Positions 38,421 to 49,029 of a stretch of DNA of 64,000 nucleotides are shown here, piece after piece. The DNA comes from a virus. Taxonomy: Duplodnaviria > Heunggongvirae > Uroviricota > Caudoviricetes. The stretch is from the IMG/VR virus record IMGVR_UViG_3300029705_006930; one strand, given 5' to 3'. Within the stretch, counting starts at the first letter, position 1; each line of letters begins with the position of its first letter. Position numbers and translations under genes: made by a program. The notes beneath the pieces were generated by a model that was not told the origin of the DNA, ran no database searches, and was given only the letters and a program-made list of their open reading frames with translations.

Positions 38421-38861
38421 ATGGGATTTAAGTTTATACCTACAACAACAATTCCAAAGTCGGGCGAAATTCGGCTTGGATATGTAAATGCAGATAATGG
38501 CAACCATAAATATACTGGTATCAGACCATATTTGATTGTATCAAACAATGTGTACAATAACACATCAAACCACGCGGAAGTAATTCCTTTTACAACACGT
38601 AGATTTGACAGTAAAAATCCTGTACACATTCAGTTTCCAAAGGGTGAAGTTAAAGGCTTAAATGAAAATTCAACATTAGTAATTGAAGGCCGCACAACTC
38701 TGCCACATAACCAATTAACCGAACCAATTGGTTATTTCAATAGTGATAATTGGAAGAAGGCTGCGACTGGTCTTCTGTATCAGAATCCTCATATTAAATA
38801 TGCCTTTGATGAAGGAGTGCACAATACATTATTTTTTAATCATTTATTGACTGCTAAATAA
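38421..38861 (+). CDS. MazF/PemK-family endoribonuclease toxin-like protein
   Basis: GEIRLGYVN...GIRPYLIVSNNVYNN..EVIPFTT..PVHIQF matches the MazF/PemK core (RP.LV.S...N......V.P.T). RBS AAAGGAG. Confidence 0.6.
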   Translation: MGFKFIPTTTIPKSGEIRLGYVNADNGNHKYTGIRPYLIVSNNVYNNTSNHAEVIPFTTRRFDSKNPVHIQFPKGEVKGLNENSTLVIEGRTTLPHNQLTEPIGYFNSDNWKKAATGLLYQNPHIKYAFDEGVHNTLFFNHLLTAK

Positions 38862-38938
38862 AACGACATCACCATATTTCATCTTGAAAAATTTACATAT
38901 TATTGTTATTATGTAAATTATAAGATGAGGTGAAATAC

Positions 38939-39931
38939 ATGGATTATACTCGATTAATTGATGAATTTTTAGATGCAGTTGCAAGAAATGAAAATCCAAA
39001 ACAGCATTATAATTATATAAAAGTATTTTCTATCATTAAGAACTATGTTATTGAGAAAAATAAAAGCCTGGAAGAAATGAACCTAAAAGAGCTGGATGAA
39101 TTATTTTTCACTCGCTTCACAGGCAGAGCAGATAGTATCAAGCGCATAGTCACTTATTGTCGTCGATATATAAGATGGCTGCAAACAACGGGCCATTTAT
39201 CTTTTAGGGACGCTGAAAGTCATATTTTATTTGACTTAAGATATTATAATACAAGTTATATTACATCACATAAATTGTATCGTGCAGCTAAATTAAGCAG
39301 TGTGTTTTTTAGTACCGAAGAATATGTTGATTATATGTCTACTGTTTTCGATGAAAAATTAACACAAGGCGACAACACTCGTTATTATACCGATATCGCA
39401 GTTTTTTATTTAAGCTGGTTGGGATTTACAATTGATGAAATGCTGAAATTGAAGAAAAATGATTTTGATTTTTCATCGCGAACTATTGCCGGCAAATATA
39501 TCTCTGATGAGCGAATGCTTACCTTTTTAAACAAGTATAACCAATCTGATACTTATGAAAAATTACGCAAAGGCCATAATTTCACAACAGAAGAATATGT
39601 TTATAATGAATATGAGTTTTTAAAAGGGAAAACGACAGCTTTAAATGAGATGGCCATTTATAACATATTCCGAACAACACGACAACGTATCAATGAATTT
39701 AACAGGGATAATATAGATAATCAAATTGAAAATAAAGTTGATTTCAACAATATTAAAAAATCTGCACTGTTTGAATATATTTATACAGTCCAGAAGATTT
39801 CATATTTTGAAACAACAACTTCTGGTGTTGCTCTTTTCGCTTCGTTTATTAAAGATGAAATACCGACAAGTGCAATTATGCCGTTAATTGAAGATTATAA
39901 TCTATGGGTAGAAATTAGAGGCTCGCTGTAA
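38939..39931 (+). CDS. Hypothetical protein (N-terminus weakly like recombinase SAM/core-binding domain)
   Basis: ATG at codon 4 of the track ORF; no tyrosine-recombinase catalytic box seen. Confidence 0.5.
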   Translation: MDYTRLIDEFLDAVARNENPKQHYNYIKVFSIIKNYVIEKNKSLEEMNLKELDELFFTRFTGRADSIKRIVTYCRRYIRWLQTTGHLSFRDAESHILFDLRYYNTSYITSHKLYRAAKLSSVFFSTEEYVDYMSTVFDEKLTQGDNTRYYTDIAVFYLSWLGFTIDEMLKLKKNDFDFSSRTIAGKYISDERMLTFLNKYNQSDTYEKLRKGHNFTTEEYVYNEYEFLKGKTTALNEMAIYNIFRTTRQRINEFNRDNIDNQIENKVDFNNIKKSALFEYIYTVQKISYFETTTSGVALFASFIKDEIPTSAIMPLIEDYNLWVEIRGSL

Positions 39932-39953
39932 AGGCGAGCTTCTAAATCACTCA

Positions 39954-40030
39954 AATAACATACAAACCATCTTTTAATATAGGTTATGTATGTTCTTTTT
40001 TAAAACTTGTATAACATACAAATCATCTTG
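39954..40030 (+). repeat. Two more copies of the ATAACATACAAA(T/C)CATCTT motif, with an inverted partial copy between
   Basis: Copies at 39954–39975 and 40011–40030. GGTTATGTATGTT between them is the reverse complement of the motif core. Confidence 0.55.
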
Positions 40031-40207
40031 GGAAAAGGGGCTGACAATATGAAATGAACCATAAGAAGAGGAAGACGATTTTCCTCATGTATTTTATGTA
40101 CGTTTTTAATTTTAATATTTTCAATTTGTCCCACAGTTAATGCTTACGCATACAATGAGGGCACAAATTCAGATGTATATTCATTATATGGCAATTTTGA
40201 TATCAAG

Positions 40208-40738
40208 TTGAAGAAATATGCTTATTTGCAATGTCGACAAAATAATTTGTCATACTCCATGTTTTTAGCAGTCGTATACAACGAAAGCAGATTTCAGACA
40301 GATGCCGTGCACATAAATCAAAATGGTTCGATAGATAGAGGATTGTGTCAGATTAATGATGCTTGTTTTGACTTTTTATATAACAAGGGTGTTTTGAATT
40401 CAAAAGAAGAATTATTTAATCCTTATATAAATATCGACTGTTATATAGCACTGATGAAGTATCACAAAACGTATACAAGAGACGATAGCAAGGCATTACT
40501 TAGATATCAGGTAGGCGAAGGTAAATATCGCCGTAAATATAATGAAGGCACACTGACTAACCCAACACATCAAAGGGTTTTAGATTTGGAATTAAAATAT
40601 CGTACATATTTAAATTCTCTTTCAGCACAGTTAGAACTTCAGAATGTTATTACAACACCTTATTTGTTGAATGATTATCCGGAGTTAAATCGATTGTTGC
40701 TTTTTAAAATATATGACACACATAACATACTAATTTGA
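40208..40738 (+). CDS. Lytic transglycosylase (SLT domain), probably frameshifted from an upstream signal-peptide ORF
   Basis: ESRFQTDAVHINQNGSIDRGLCQIN SLT motif. Open frame extends upstream without ATG (..PTVNAYAYNEG..). Separate frame at 40054 encodes MNHKKRKTIFLMYFMYVFNFNIF signal-like peptide. Confidence 0.55.
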   Translation: MKKYAYLQCRQNNLSYSMFLAVVYNESRFQTDAVHINQNGSIDRGLCQINDACFDFLYNKGVLNSKEELFNPYINIDCYIALMKYHKTYTRDDSKALLRYQVGEGKYRRKYNEGTLTNPTHQRVLDLELKYRTYLNSLSAQLELQNVITTPYLLNDYPELNRLLLFKIYDTHNILI

Positions 40739-40756
40739 AGGGATAGGTGACACAAA

Positions 40757-40945
40757 ATGTTAACAGGAAAAGTATATTGCGCTAATTGTGGTAAAGAACT
40801 CACAGAAATTGAAATAATGAATATGCAGCCAATGCAAATAACATTTCCTTTTGGAACTGAACATGATAGTGAGAATTTTACATTTAGTTTTTGCCATACT
40901 TGTTTAGACCATTTTGCTGATACATATTGTTCAATACCTAATTAA
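40757..40945 (+). CDS. Small zinc-ribbon protein
   Basis: CANCGK...CHTC. Confidence 0.5.
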   Translation: MLTGKVYCANCGKELTEIEIMNMQPMQITFPFGTEHDSENFTFSFCHTCLDHFADTYCSIPN

Positions 40946-41006
40946 TTTACTCTTTGTTTTTTCGGCAAAAGCCTGAAAATAAATATTTTAAATGAAAAGG
41001 AGATTT

Positions 41007-42227
41007 ATGGAAACAAGATTTAGTTTTACCGGGAAACTTGTATTCCCAAAAGAAGGCTCTAAACAGCCTTTTGTGGTGTCCTCATCATACAAAGATGCTG
41101 GCTCACAGAAAGAAATTCCATCTTTGCGAATGAATGTCGGCATCCGCGAAGGTGAAGCAAATACTGCTTATATCAGTGCGTTTGGTTCAGCAGATAATGG
41201 CAGAGATATTTTCTCAATAGACAAAGACAATAACAAGATTTCGGTTGCTTGGAAAGACCGATTTGATGCAGATGTTATTGAATCTGTAGCTTCTTATCGT
41301 CTTTATACTGTTGACTTAGCTGACCCAGAACAGAAGGCAGATTTGCGAGAAGCACTTAAAACCGATGACTATTCTATTGTGTCTGAAAAATATGGTGTAA
41401 CAAATAAAGATGGTGCTGATGCAATGCTTAAAGCTTTGCAGTCAGAACGTAAACAGTTTATTACTTCATATGATTTTATTGAATACCTGTCAAAAGAACT
41501 TCCTAAATGCAAACACAAAGTAACTGCAACAGGTCGAGTACGTAAAAGATTTTATAAGGACAGATATTCTGATAATTTTGAAGTTACAGCTATTTATGCT
41601 GTAACCAATGACACAAAAGAAAAACTGAGTCTCACAATGGACTTGTACTACAACAAAGATTGTGTTGATGCAACTGACCTGGAAACTGAAAAACGTATTT
41701 ATGTAAACGGTTATGTGCAGCAGTACATCAATAAAGATGAGGGTAACAAAATGATGCCTCAGCAGGCAATTCTTGATTTGTCAAAGTATCAGCTTGAAAC
41801 AAACCCGCGACATAAACAGTTGGCTGACTATAAACGTAGCTATCTTGAAGGCTTAGACGAAGAATATGTACATATGAATTGGGAAGTGCGCTATCTCAAT
41901 GGTGCAGATGTGGTTGAGTTTACAAAAGATTTGCTTACTCCGGCACAGCTTGCTCAGGTGGAACTTGGCATAAAAAATGTGGAAGATTTTAAACCACGCG
42001 GAAACATTTTTGGTGAACGAGTTGTCGAATATCGTCTTGCTGACCCAAAACTTATGGGTGATTTTGCTGATGGTTTGGTAAAAACAGGTGAGTATCCAAA
42101 TGAATTTGAAGCTCAGATTTATGTTCCTAACAAGACAGTAAATATTGAAGCAGAAGTTGCAAAAGTTACAGCACCTAAAGAAACTAAAAAAGCAATTGAC
42201 GAAATCAGTGAAGAAGACCTCTTTTAA
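41007..42227 (+). CDS. Hypothetical replication-module protein (possible ssDNA-binding/annealing)
   Basis: RBS AAAGGAG before the ATG at codon 6. Position before ATPase, helicase and primase. Function not established. Confidence 0.5.
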   Translation: METRFSFTGKLVFPKEGSKQPFVVSSSYKDAGSQKEIPSLRMNVGIREGEANTAYISAFGSADNGRDIFSIDKDNNKISVAWKDRFDADVIESVASYRLYTVDLADPEQKADLREALKTDDYSIVSEKYGVTNKDGADAMLKALQSERKQFITSYDFIEYLSKELPKCKHKVTATGRVRKRFYKDRYSDNFEVTAIYAVTNDTKEKLSLTMDLYYNKDCVDATDLETEKRIYVNGYVQQYINKDEGNKMMPQQAILDLSKYQLETNPRHKQLADYKRSYLEGLDEEYVHMNWEVRYLNGADVVEFTKDLLTPAQLAQVELGIKNVEDFKPRGNIFGERVVEYRLADPKLMGDFADGLVKTGEYPNEFEAQIYVPNKTVNIEAEVAKVTAPKETKKAIDEISEEDLF

Positions 42228-42238
42228 GGAGAAAGTAA

Positions 42239-43393
42239 ATGGGATTTGGTAAAAAGAACAGAGTGGACTTGAATCCGCTTCATTATAATATAGGCCTTTT
42301 GGGTGAAGGTGGTATCGGTAAAACTACATTGTTTAAAGAAGTTTGTGAAACTCTTGCGCCAGAAGTAAATGGTGCAAGCGGATATCTTCATTTGGACATT
42401 GGTAAAGAGGATGGTTCAGAAGCGCTCGAAGGTCTTAATTCAGAAAAGGTTCGTAATTGGGCAAAATTTGCAGCAGTTGTAGATGATATTGTAAAGAATA
42501 AATATACTGACCCTGATTATGCCAATTTGCAAACAGTTATTGTGGATACATGGGATGAACTTATTAAAATTACAGAACCTGAAGTAATCCGTTTACACAA
42601 TAAAGAAAATCCAGATAAACCTAAAATTACTTCTATTAAACAGGCATATGGTGGATTCTCTGGTGGCCCGGATAAAGTAACTGAGCTCATTTTGGATAAA
42701 CTTTGGGAACTTAAAGAAGTTGATGTGCACTTTATGACAATTATCCACACAAAATCTAAGGAAGTAGATGACCCTGTTACTGGTGCATCATATTCAATTC
42801 TGACATCAGATACTACTCAGAGATATTTCAATGCTCTGAAAAATAAACTGCATTTCCTTGGTGTTGCTTATGTCGACAGAACCATTGTCAAGGAAAAAAC
42901 TGGCAAGAAAGATATTATGACTAAGAAGGATATTGAACGTAGTATTGTAACAGATGAAAAGCGTGTAATTAAATTCAGAGATAATAACTATAGTGTGGAT
43001 GCAAAATCACGTTTTGCAGAAATTACAGATAGTGTACCTTTTGATAAAGATGAATTCATTAAAGCTATCCAGGATGCAATCCTTGCTGAAAGTGCAAAAG
43101 GTAATCGTACAGAAGAAGAAAATAAAAAGCTACAGAAGGAAGCAGACGCAAAGAAAACAGAACAGGCAAAATCATATGCAAAATCTAAGGTGGAAGCTGA
43201 AGACTATGCTGAAAAATCCAATGAATATATTGCATATATCAAAGACAATTTCACCAAATGTACTGCTGCAACCAAAGCAGAAGTAAAAGCAACTATGGCT
43301 GAATACAACTTTGAAAAATTTACTGATGACAATATTCCGCTTGAGGCATTGGAAAAGATTACCAATATTATTTCAGCTTCATTGAAAGGTTAA
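42239..43393 (+). CDS. P-loop NTPase (AAA/RecA-like), K/E-rich C-terminus
   Basis: Walker A GEGGIGKTTL. Confidence 0.6.
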   Translation: MGFGKKNRVDLNPLHYNIGLLGEGGIGKTTLFKEVCETLAPEVNGASGYLHLDIGKEDGSEALEGLNSEKVRNWAKFAAVVDDIVKNKYTDPDYANLQTVIVDTWDELIKITEPEVIRLHNKENPDKPKITSIKQAYGGFSGGPDKVTELILDKLWELKEVDVHFMTIIHTKSKEVDDPVTGASYSILTSDTTQRYFNALKNKLHFLGVAYVDRTIVKEKTGKKDIMTKKDIERSIVTDEKRVIKFRDNNYSVDAKSRFAEITDSVPFDKDEFIKAIQDAILAESAKGNRTEEENKKLQKEADAKKTEQAKSYAKSKVEAEDYAEKSNEYIAYIKDNFTKCTAATKAEVKATMAEYNFEKFTDDNIPLEALEKITNIISASLKG

Positions 43394-43397
43394 AAGA

Positions 43398-43916
43398 ATG
43401 GCAAGAATAGTTACTTGTGCTGTGACAAAAGAAAAAGGAACCAGTGATGTTTTTTATAAGGCGGACAATGGAAAATGGTATAAGAGCGAATCTGTATTTC
43501 GTCAGTTTCAGAAAGATAAACACACCAGAGAAACTATTCAACGTGTTTTACTTACATATCTTGGATATCAGAAAGGAGAGCCATTTCCGGCTCTCCTCAA
43601 CAAAAAGATAAAAGAATATTCTTTTTATTCACCAGAAGTATTGCTTGAAACAATTACAAAGTGTGAAAAAGACATTACATGGGCATTCAATAATAAAGAA
43701 TTTTCTTCTACACAAGGCAAAATATTTTATATGTTTGCAATCATTTCAAATCATATCAGTGATGTGAATAGACAAAACAATAAAGTGAATGAGCTAAGAA
43801 ATAAACAAACTCAAAAACACATCGATACCATCCAAGAAATGGACATTTCAACCATCGGCACATCAAAAAAAGGTAAAGATATTACGGATTTCTTGGAGGA
43901 TGATTTATGGAATTAG
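43398..43916 (+). CDS. Hypothetical protein
   Basis: ORF track. Confidence 0.5.
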   Translation: MARIVTCAVTKEKGTSDVFYKADNGKWYKSESVFRQFQKDKHTRETIQRVLLTYLGYQKGEPFPALLNKKIKEYSFYSPEVLLETITKCEKDITWAFNNKEFSSTQGKIFYMFAIISNHISDVNRQNNKVNELRNKQTQKHIDTIQEMDISTIGTSKKGKDITDFLEDDLWN

Positions 43917-45379
43917 ATGTATTGTTGCAAAAAATTAATGAACATCGTGGTGAAATTGAAGCCCCATTTGTTTTTTGTTTATGGAAGAATCCGGATTTAT
44001 ATGATGATTATAAATTTGTAAACGAAAAAGAAGACGATATCATTCGTAATCCTGATGCACAGTTTTATTTCAATTTAGGTAGAGCACTGTATAAAGCTGG
44101 ATATCGCAATTTTGACCATATTGCTGTCTACACTTTTCTTCAAGACAAAGAAACAATAAAAAAGCAGTTTGACAGTTATGGTGGTTTCAAAGAAGTTGAA
44201 GAATTTAAAGGCTTAGTCAGCATAGAGAATGTTAATGCATATTTTGATAAAGTAGCAAGACTTAATATTCTTGATGAAATGTGCAAGATGATGTTTTCAT
44301 CATTTGATAAACTTGAAAAGTTTGATAGGATGACAAGTCAGCAGATTTACGATTATTTTGAGTACAAATTAAATGACATTAGTATCACCGCAACGCATGA
44401 TGTTGAAGAAGAAAGTTTGGTCATTGATGATGCTTTTATTGAAGAGTGCAATAGCGGTGATACTGTTGGAATCAGTTATGGCAAGCAGTGCCCATTATTG
44501 AATTATTTAACATTAGGAGTTCCACTTGGTGAAATGTATATGATTGCTGGACATAGTGGTGCAGGCAAATCTAGTTTTGCATTTGAAAATATGGCTATTC
44601 CAATGGCCCAAGACGGCATAAAGGTAGCTATTGTTTCTAATGAAATGCGAAGCAAAGATTATAAAGTAATGTTACTTGCCCATATATTAACAAAAGACCT
44701 AAATTATTGGGGCTTGACACGCAAACAAATAAAAATAGGCCACTTTACAGACGAACAAAAGATAATGATTGCCAAGGCACAAAAAATTAGTAAAGAAAAA
44801 TATAGCAATCTCAAATTTGTGAAACTGTTTGATAATGATGTTTCTAAAGTTATGAAATACATCAAGATGAACGCCAAAAAAGGTTATCAGGTTTTTCTAT
44901 GGGACACAATGAAGAGTGATGATAGTCTTGATGAAAAAATGTTTTTGCAATTATTAGTCAATAGCAGAAAGGTTTTTCAGTTGGCATCAAAAGAAAACAT
45001 TGCAATTATTACAACTTATCAGTTGGCACTATATACCGTTAATCAAAGATATTTGGATGCGGGATGTCTTGCAAATGGTAAACAGATAAAAGAAGTGTTT
45101 TCTGAAATGGTTTACATGCGTACTTTATGGGATGACGAATACACAGGCAAAAAATTTGATTGTCGACCATACAATTTACAGCGTAATGCAGAGGGCAAAT
45201 ATACTGGTGTTAAGCAATATGTTGAATTAAACCCAGATAATAAATATATAGTTGTCTTTTTGGATAAGACTCGCAATGATGAAGACAAGCAGCAGGTTTT
45301 ATACGAAGTAAACGGTCGTTTTAATAGCTGGAAAGAAATTGGCCGTTGCAACATAGTTAATGAACATGGAAGGTATTAA
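43907..45379 (+). CDS. DnaB-like replicative helicase
   Basis: Walker A GHSGAGKSSFA; RecA-fold C-terminal domain with long N-terminal domain. Confidence 0.7.
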   Translation: MELDVLLQKINEHRGEIEAPFVFCLWKNPDLYDDYKFVNEKEDDIIRNPDAQFYFNLGRALYKAGYRNFDHIAVYTFLQDKETIKKQFDSYGGFKEVEEFKGLVSIENVNAYFDKVARLNILDEMCKMMFSSFDKLEKFDRMTSQQIYDYFEYKLNDISITATHDVEEESLVIDDAFIEECNSGDTVGISYGKQCPLLNYLTLGVPLGEMYMIAGHSGAGKSSFAFENMAIPMAQDGIKVAIVSNEMRSKDYKVMLLAHILTKDLNYWGLTRKQIKIGHFTDEQKIMIAKAQKISKEKYSNLKFVKLFDNDVSKVMKYIKMNAKKGYQVFLWDTMKSDDSLDEKMFLQLLVNSRKVFQLASKENIAIITTYQLALYTVNQRYLDAGCLANGKQIKEVFSEMVYMRTLWDDEYTGKKFDCRPYNLQRNAEGKYTGVKQYVELNPDNKYIVVFLDKTRNDEDKQQVLYEVNGRFNSWKEIGRCNIVNEHGRY

Positions 45380-45381
45380 CA

Positions 45382-46188
45382 ATGAGCAGAAAAGTAAGAA
45401 ACAAAACTGGAGCTGTTTGTTTTAACACCGATGGTAAAGAATTTACATATCTTGATGATGGCACTCGTGATAGACATAACAATATTTTATATAAGGTGAT
45501 ATTCAAAAGTGGATATTCAACTTATGTTCAGGCTAACAAAATAGTCACTGGAAATATTCATGATTATGGCAGTCCAACAATACATGGCGTTGGATGTACT
45601 GATTACAAAGGCGCGTCTTACGAGCCAGAATATAAACTGTGGATTAAAATTTTTCACAGATGTTACAGTACTTCATATCATAAGAGATTTCCATCATACA
45701 CTAATTGTTCAGTTGATTTAAGATGGCATCACTATTCTCATTTTAAAAATGACATCAATAAAATTTGTAATTATAAAGAATGTTTACAATATAATGATGG
45801 GAAACGCCTTGTTATTGATAAAGATATCTTAGTTTATAAAAATAAACAATACTCATTACAAACTTGTTGTATAGTTCCTGAGCCCATCAATATTTTTATC
45901 ACTAATGTTAAATCTGACAATACATCTGGTTTAATCGGAGTGCATAAACGTCATAGTCACTATGTTGTCGTGTTTTCATATAAAAATCAGACAATACAGG
46001 GAGGAACATATAGCAATCCTGTTGATGCTGTCAATGCATATTATCAGCATAAATTATGCAAACTAGCAGATTTGTTAATTCAATATGATTGGATTGATGA
46101 CCGAGTAAAAACAGGATTATATGCATATTTTGATAAACAAAAAGAAGAGCAGCTTCGCATTGCTTTAGCACTTCAAAAAATCAGATAA
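45382..46188 (+). CDS. Putative free-standing endonuclease/DNA-binding protein with AP2-like C-terminal domain
   Basis: SGLIGVHKRHSHYVVVFSYKNQTIQGGTYSNPVDAVNAY resembles AP2 domains of phage HNH-AP2 proteins. Inserted between helicase and primase. Confidence 0.3.
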   Translation: MSRKVRNKTGAVCFNTDGKEFTYLDDGTRDRHNNILYKVIFKSGYSTYVQANKIVTGNIHDYGSPTIHGVGCTDYKGASYEPEYKLWIKIFHRCYSTSYHKRFPSYTNCSVDLRWHHYSHFKNDINKICNYKECLQYNDGKRLVIDKDILVYKNKQYSLQTCCIVPEPINIFITNVKSDNTSGLIGVHKRHSHYVVVFSYKNQTIQGGTYSNPVDAVNAYYQHKLCKLADLLIQYDWIDDRVKTGLYAYFDKQKEEQLRIALALQKIR

Positions 46189-46217
46189 GGCGGTGAGGCT
46201 TTATCAATGTATTACAA

Positions 46218-47234
46218 TTGAATGATTATCTGCAAGCACGTCCGGACGACGTACTTAAAGTCCTTAATTCATTGGGATTACCTAATTTGTCACATAACAG
46301 AGGACGAAATGAAATCAGATATTCATCAAGAGTAGGTAGCAATCCTACCTCAAATATTTTTTATTTAGATACACTTAGGTATTACAGCTTTTCAATGGGT
46401 GAAAGTGGAAATCTTTACACATTGGTGATGAACAATCAGAATTGTAATTTCCCGCAAGCCTTAGAATATGTGGCGCAAGTAGTTGGACTTTCCAAAAATG
46501 AATTCAATACTGAAATCAAATTACCATTTGGTGGCTTCTATAAAAAACTCATAAAACAACAGCGCGAACCTGAGTTGGACATACCTACATATCCTGATTC
46601 GCTCCTTGAGGAATACAACGGGCAGCTAAGTCTACAATTTTTTAATGATGGCATCAATTTCCAAACACAAGAAAAATATCATATTGGGGTTGATTTTTCT
46701 GCAATGCGCATAGCAATTCCACAATGGACAATTAATGGTCAGTTATGCGGAATTATGGGCAGAGCAATGGGAAAAGATGTACCGCATGAAGAACGTTGGC
46801 TACCTATTATTCCGTGCACGAAAAGCTACACATTATTTGGCTATCATCAAAACTATCATAAAATTCAAGAAAAAAATATGTGCATTGTATTTGAAAGTGA
46901 AAAAGCTGTATGTCAGCTTGATAGTTTTGGTTGTTATATTGGACTTGCAACAGGGGGATGTCATATTTCTTCAACACAAGCCAAATATTTGCGTGCATTA
47001 AGAGTTGAAAAAATTATTATTGCTTATGATGAGGGCCTTGATGAAGAACATATTATTGCCCAGGCACAAAGACTTCGCAGTAATGAAAATCAGCTTGTTA
47101 GAGGAGCGAAGATAGGATATATCTGGGACGATAATAATACATATTTGCCACTTGGCAGCAAAATGAATGCAGCTGATGTTGGTAAAGAAAAATTTATAAA
47201 ATTAATCAAAGAAAAAGTGAGGTGGCTCGAATAG
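46218..47234 (+). CDS. DNA primase (TOPRIM domain), TTG start
   Basis: IVFESEKAV ... IIAYDEGLD TOPRIM acidic motifs. No in-frame ATG near the 5' end. Confidence 0.55.
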   Translation: MNDYLQARPDDVLKVLNSLGLPNLSHNRGRNEIRYSSRVGSNPTSNIFYLDTLRYYSFSMGESGNLYTLVMNNQNCNFPQALEYVAQVVGLSKNEFNTEIKLPFGGFYKKLIKQQREPELDIPTYPDSLLEEYNGQLSLQFFNDGINFQTQEKYHIGVDFSAMRIAIPQWTINGQLCGIMGRAMGKDVPHEERWLPIIPCTKSYTLFGYHQNYHKIQEKNMCIVFESEKAVCQLDSFGCYIGLATGGCHISSTQAKYLRALRVEKIIIAYDEGLDEEHIIAQAQRLRSNENQLVRGAKIGYIWDDNNTYLPLGSKMNAADVGKEKFIKLIKEKVRWLE

Positions 47235-48325
47235 CTGTAAGAGAAAAAGATATAACACTTGAAGAATTACAAAAACAAGGTAAAAAATTATATTCAATTT
47301 CAAAAGCAGACACAATTGACCAGTGTCATTATCAGGCATATCTTGCATACATCGTACACAGTAAATCGGTTCCTAATATTTATTCATTAATGGGTTCTAA
47401 AATTCATGACACTTTAGAAGGCATTATGAATCAGAAAAATACAACGGAAGATTTGATTGTAGCTCTAGATAATGAGCTTGAAGATATGCAAATGCTTGGA
47501 TTTGATTTTCCTCGCGATAGCAGAGGAAAAACATCTATCCGTGATAATTGGATAAAAAATATGCGTCATTTCTGTAGCAATTTTATACCGCCACGAGGCG
47601 AGTTTGAAACTGAACAGTTATTTATATATCCACTCACAAAAGACAGATATGTACGAGGTTATATTGACCTTGTTCAGCATCTGGATAAAGATACAAAAAC
47701 AATTTCAATTTGGGACTGGAAAACTTCCTCACAATTTTCTCAGGAAACATTATTGGAACACGGCAGACAGCTTGTTATATATGCCATTGCAAAAGAAGCA
47801 GAAGGCTATACCGTCAAAGACGTAGGCTGGATAATGCTTAAATATGTTGAAATTGTTTTTCAAGGCAAATTGCGCAGAAATTCTAAAGAAAAAACTAAGA
47901 TTACCAAAGTTTGTGACCGTTATAAGATAGTACAAACATTGCAGCCATATTTAGAGCAAGAGCTGATAGAAGCTGGCTATGATGATATAGATATTGAAAT
48001 GTTTATGATAGATGCACTGGAAAATAATTCATTGGATAAGCTTCCAAATGAAATTCGTTCCAAATTTATCATTAAACCATATGTAAGGCGCTATCCGATA
48101 ACCGAAAAGCTCAAACAGGAAACCTTAGATTACATAAATCATCAGGCTGATATTTTTGAGTCATTGCCTAAAAATGATAAATCAGCCTGGAAGCCTAAAG
48201 TGATTGATAAAGGCAATGAATTTTTCTGCAATTATCTTTGTGATTATAAGTCTTCTTGCGAATATATTGCCAGATATAATCTTGAAAAACAGTTGGCAAA
48301 AACTTCAGATGAAGAATTATTTTAG
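47222..48325 (+). CDS. PD-(D/E)XK nuclease, Cas4/RecB-like with C-terminal Cys cluster
   Basis: YIDLVQ...IWDWKTSS (D..E/D.K) and CNYLCDYKSSCEY. Confidence 0.6.
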   Translation: MARIAVREKDITLEELQKQGKKLYSISKADTIDQCHYQAYLAYIVHSKSVPNIYSLMGSKIHDTLEGIMNQKNTTEDLIVALDNELEDMQMLGFDFPRDSRGKTSIRDNWIKNMRHFCSNFIPPRGEFETEQLFIYPLTKDRYVRGYIDLVQHLDKDTKTISIWDWKTSSQFSQETLLEHGRQLVIYAIAKEAEGYTVKDVGWIMLKYVEIVFQGKLRRNSKEKTKITKVCDRYKIVQTLQPYLEQELIEAGYDDIDIEMFMIDALENNSLDKLPNEIRSKFIIKPYVRRYPITEKLKQETLDYINHQADIFESLPKNDKSAWKPKVIDKGNEFFCNYLCDYKSSCEYIARYNLEKQLAKTSDEELF

Positions 48326-48333
48326 GAGGAAAT

Positions 48334-49029
48334 ATGCAGAATTATCATTGCCATACCAGTTATAGTAATTTGTTTTCATTTGACTCTATTGCATCTTATG
48401 AAGATTATGCAAAACGAGCTCAGGAACTTGGGCACAAAGTTATTTCATCTGTCGAACACGGCTGGCAATGTAATTATTATGTACCATATGGCATAGCTCA
48501 AAAATATGGATTGAAATTTGTTTTTGGTACAGAAGCATATTGGGTAAAAGACAGGATAGAAAAAGATAATAAGAATAACCATATTATTATTCTTGCAAAA
48601 AATGAAAACGGCAGACAAGCCATAAATGATATTTTAGCAGAAGCTAATATTACAGGTTACTATTATAAACCACGTTTGGATACAAAACTGATTCTGTCTT
48701 TACCCGCCAATGATGTCTTTATTACAACAGCATGTGTTGGATTTTATGGATATGGTTTTGAAGAAAGTGAAAAATTTATTGTTCAGTTGCATAAGCACTT
48801 TAAAAATAATTTTATGCTTGAAATTCAAAATCATAATACTGACAAGCAAAGAGAATTAAATAACCAAATTAAAAAGTGGTCAAAAAAATACAATATTGAA
48901 ATGATTGTTGGGTTAGATAGTCATTATATATATCCAGAGGATGCTGGTCTTCGTGATGAAGCTCTTAAATCAAAAGGCATTATTTATGAAGATGAATCTG
49001 GTTGGTATTCTAAATGCCGTTTAATTTAG
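48334..49029 (+). CDS. DnaE/PolC-type polymerase PHP-domain fragment
   Basis: YHCHTSYSNLFSFDSIAS PHP signature; RBS AGGAGG. Confidence 0.65.
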   Translation: MQNYHCHTSYSNLFSFDSIASYEDYAKRAQELGHKVISSVEHGWQCNYYVPYGIAQKYGLKFVFGTEAYWVKDRIEKDNKNNHIIILAKNENGRQAINDILAEANITGYYYKPRLDTKLILSLPANDVFITTACVGFYGYGFEESEKFIVQLHKHFKNNFMLEIQNHNTDKQRELNNQIKKWSKKYNIEMIVGLDSHYIYPEDAGLRDEALKSKGIIYEDESGWYSKCRLI

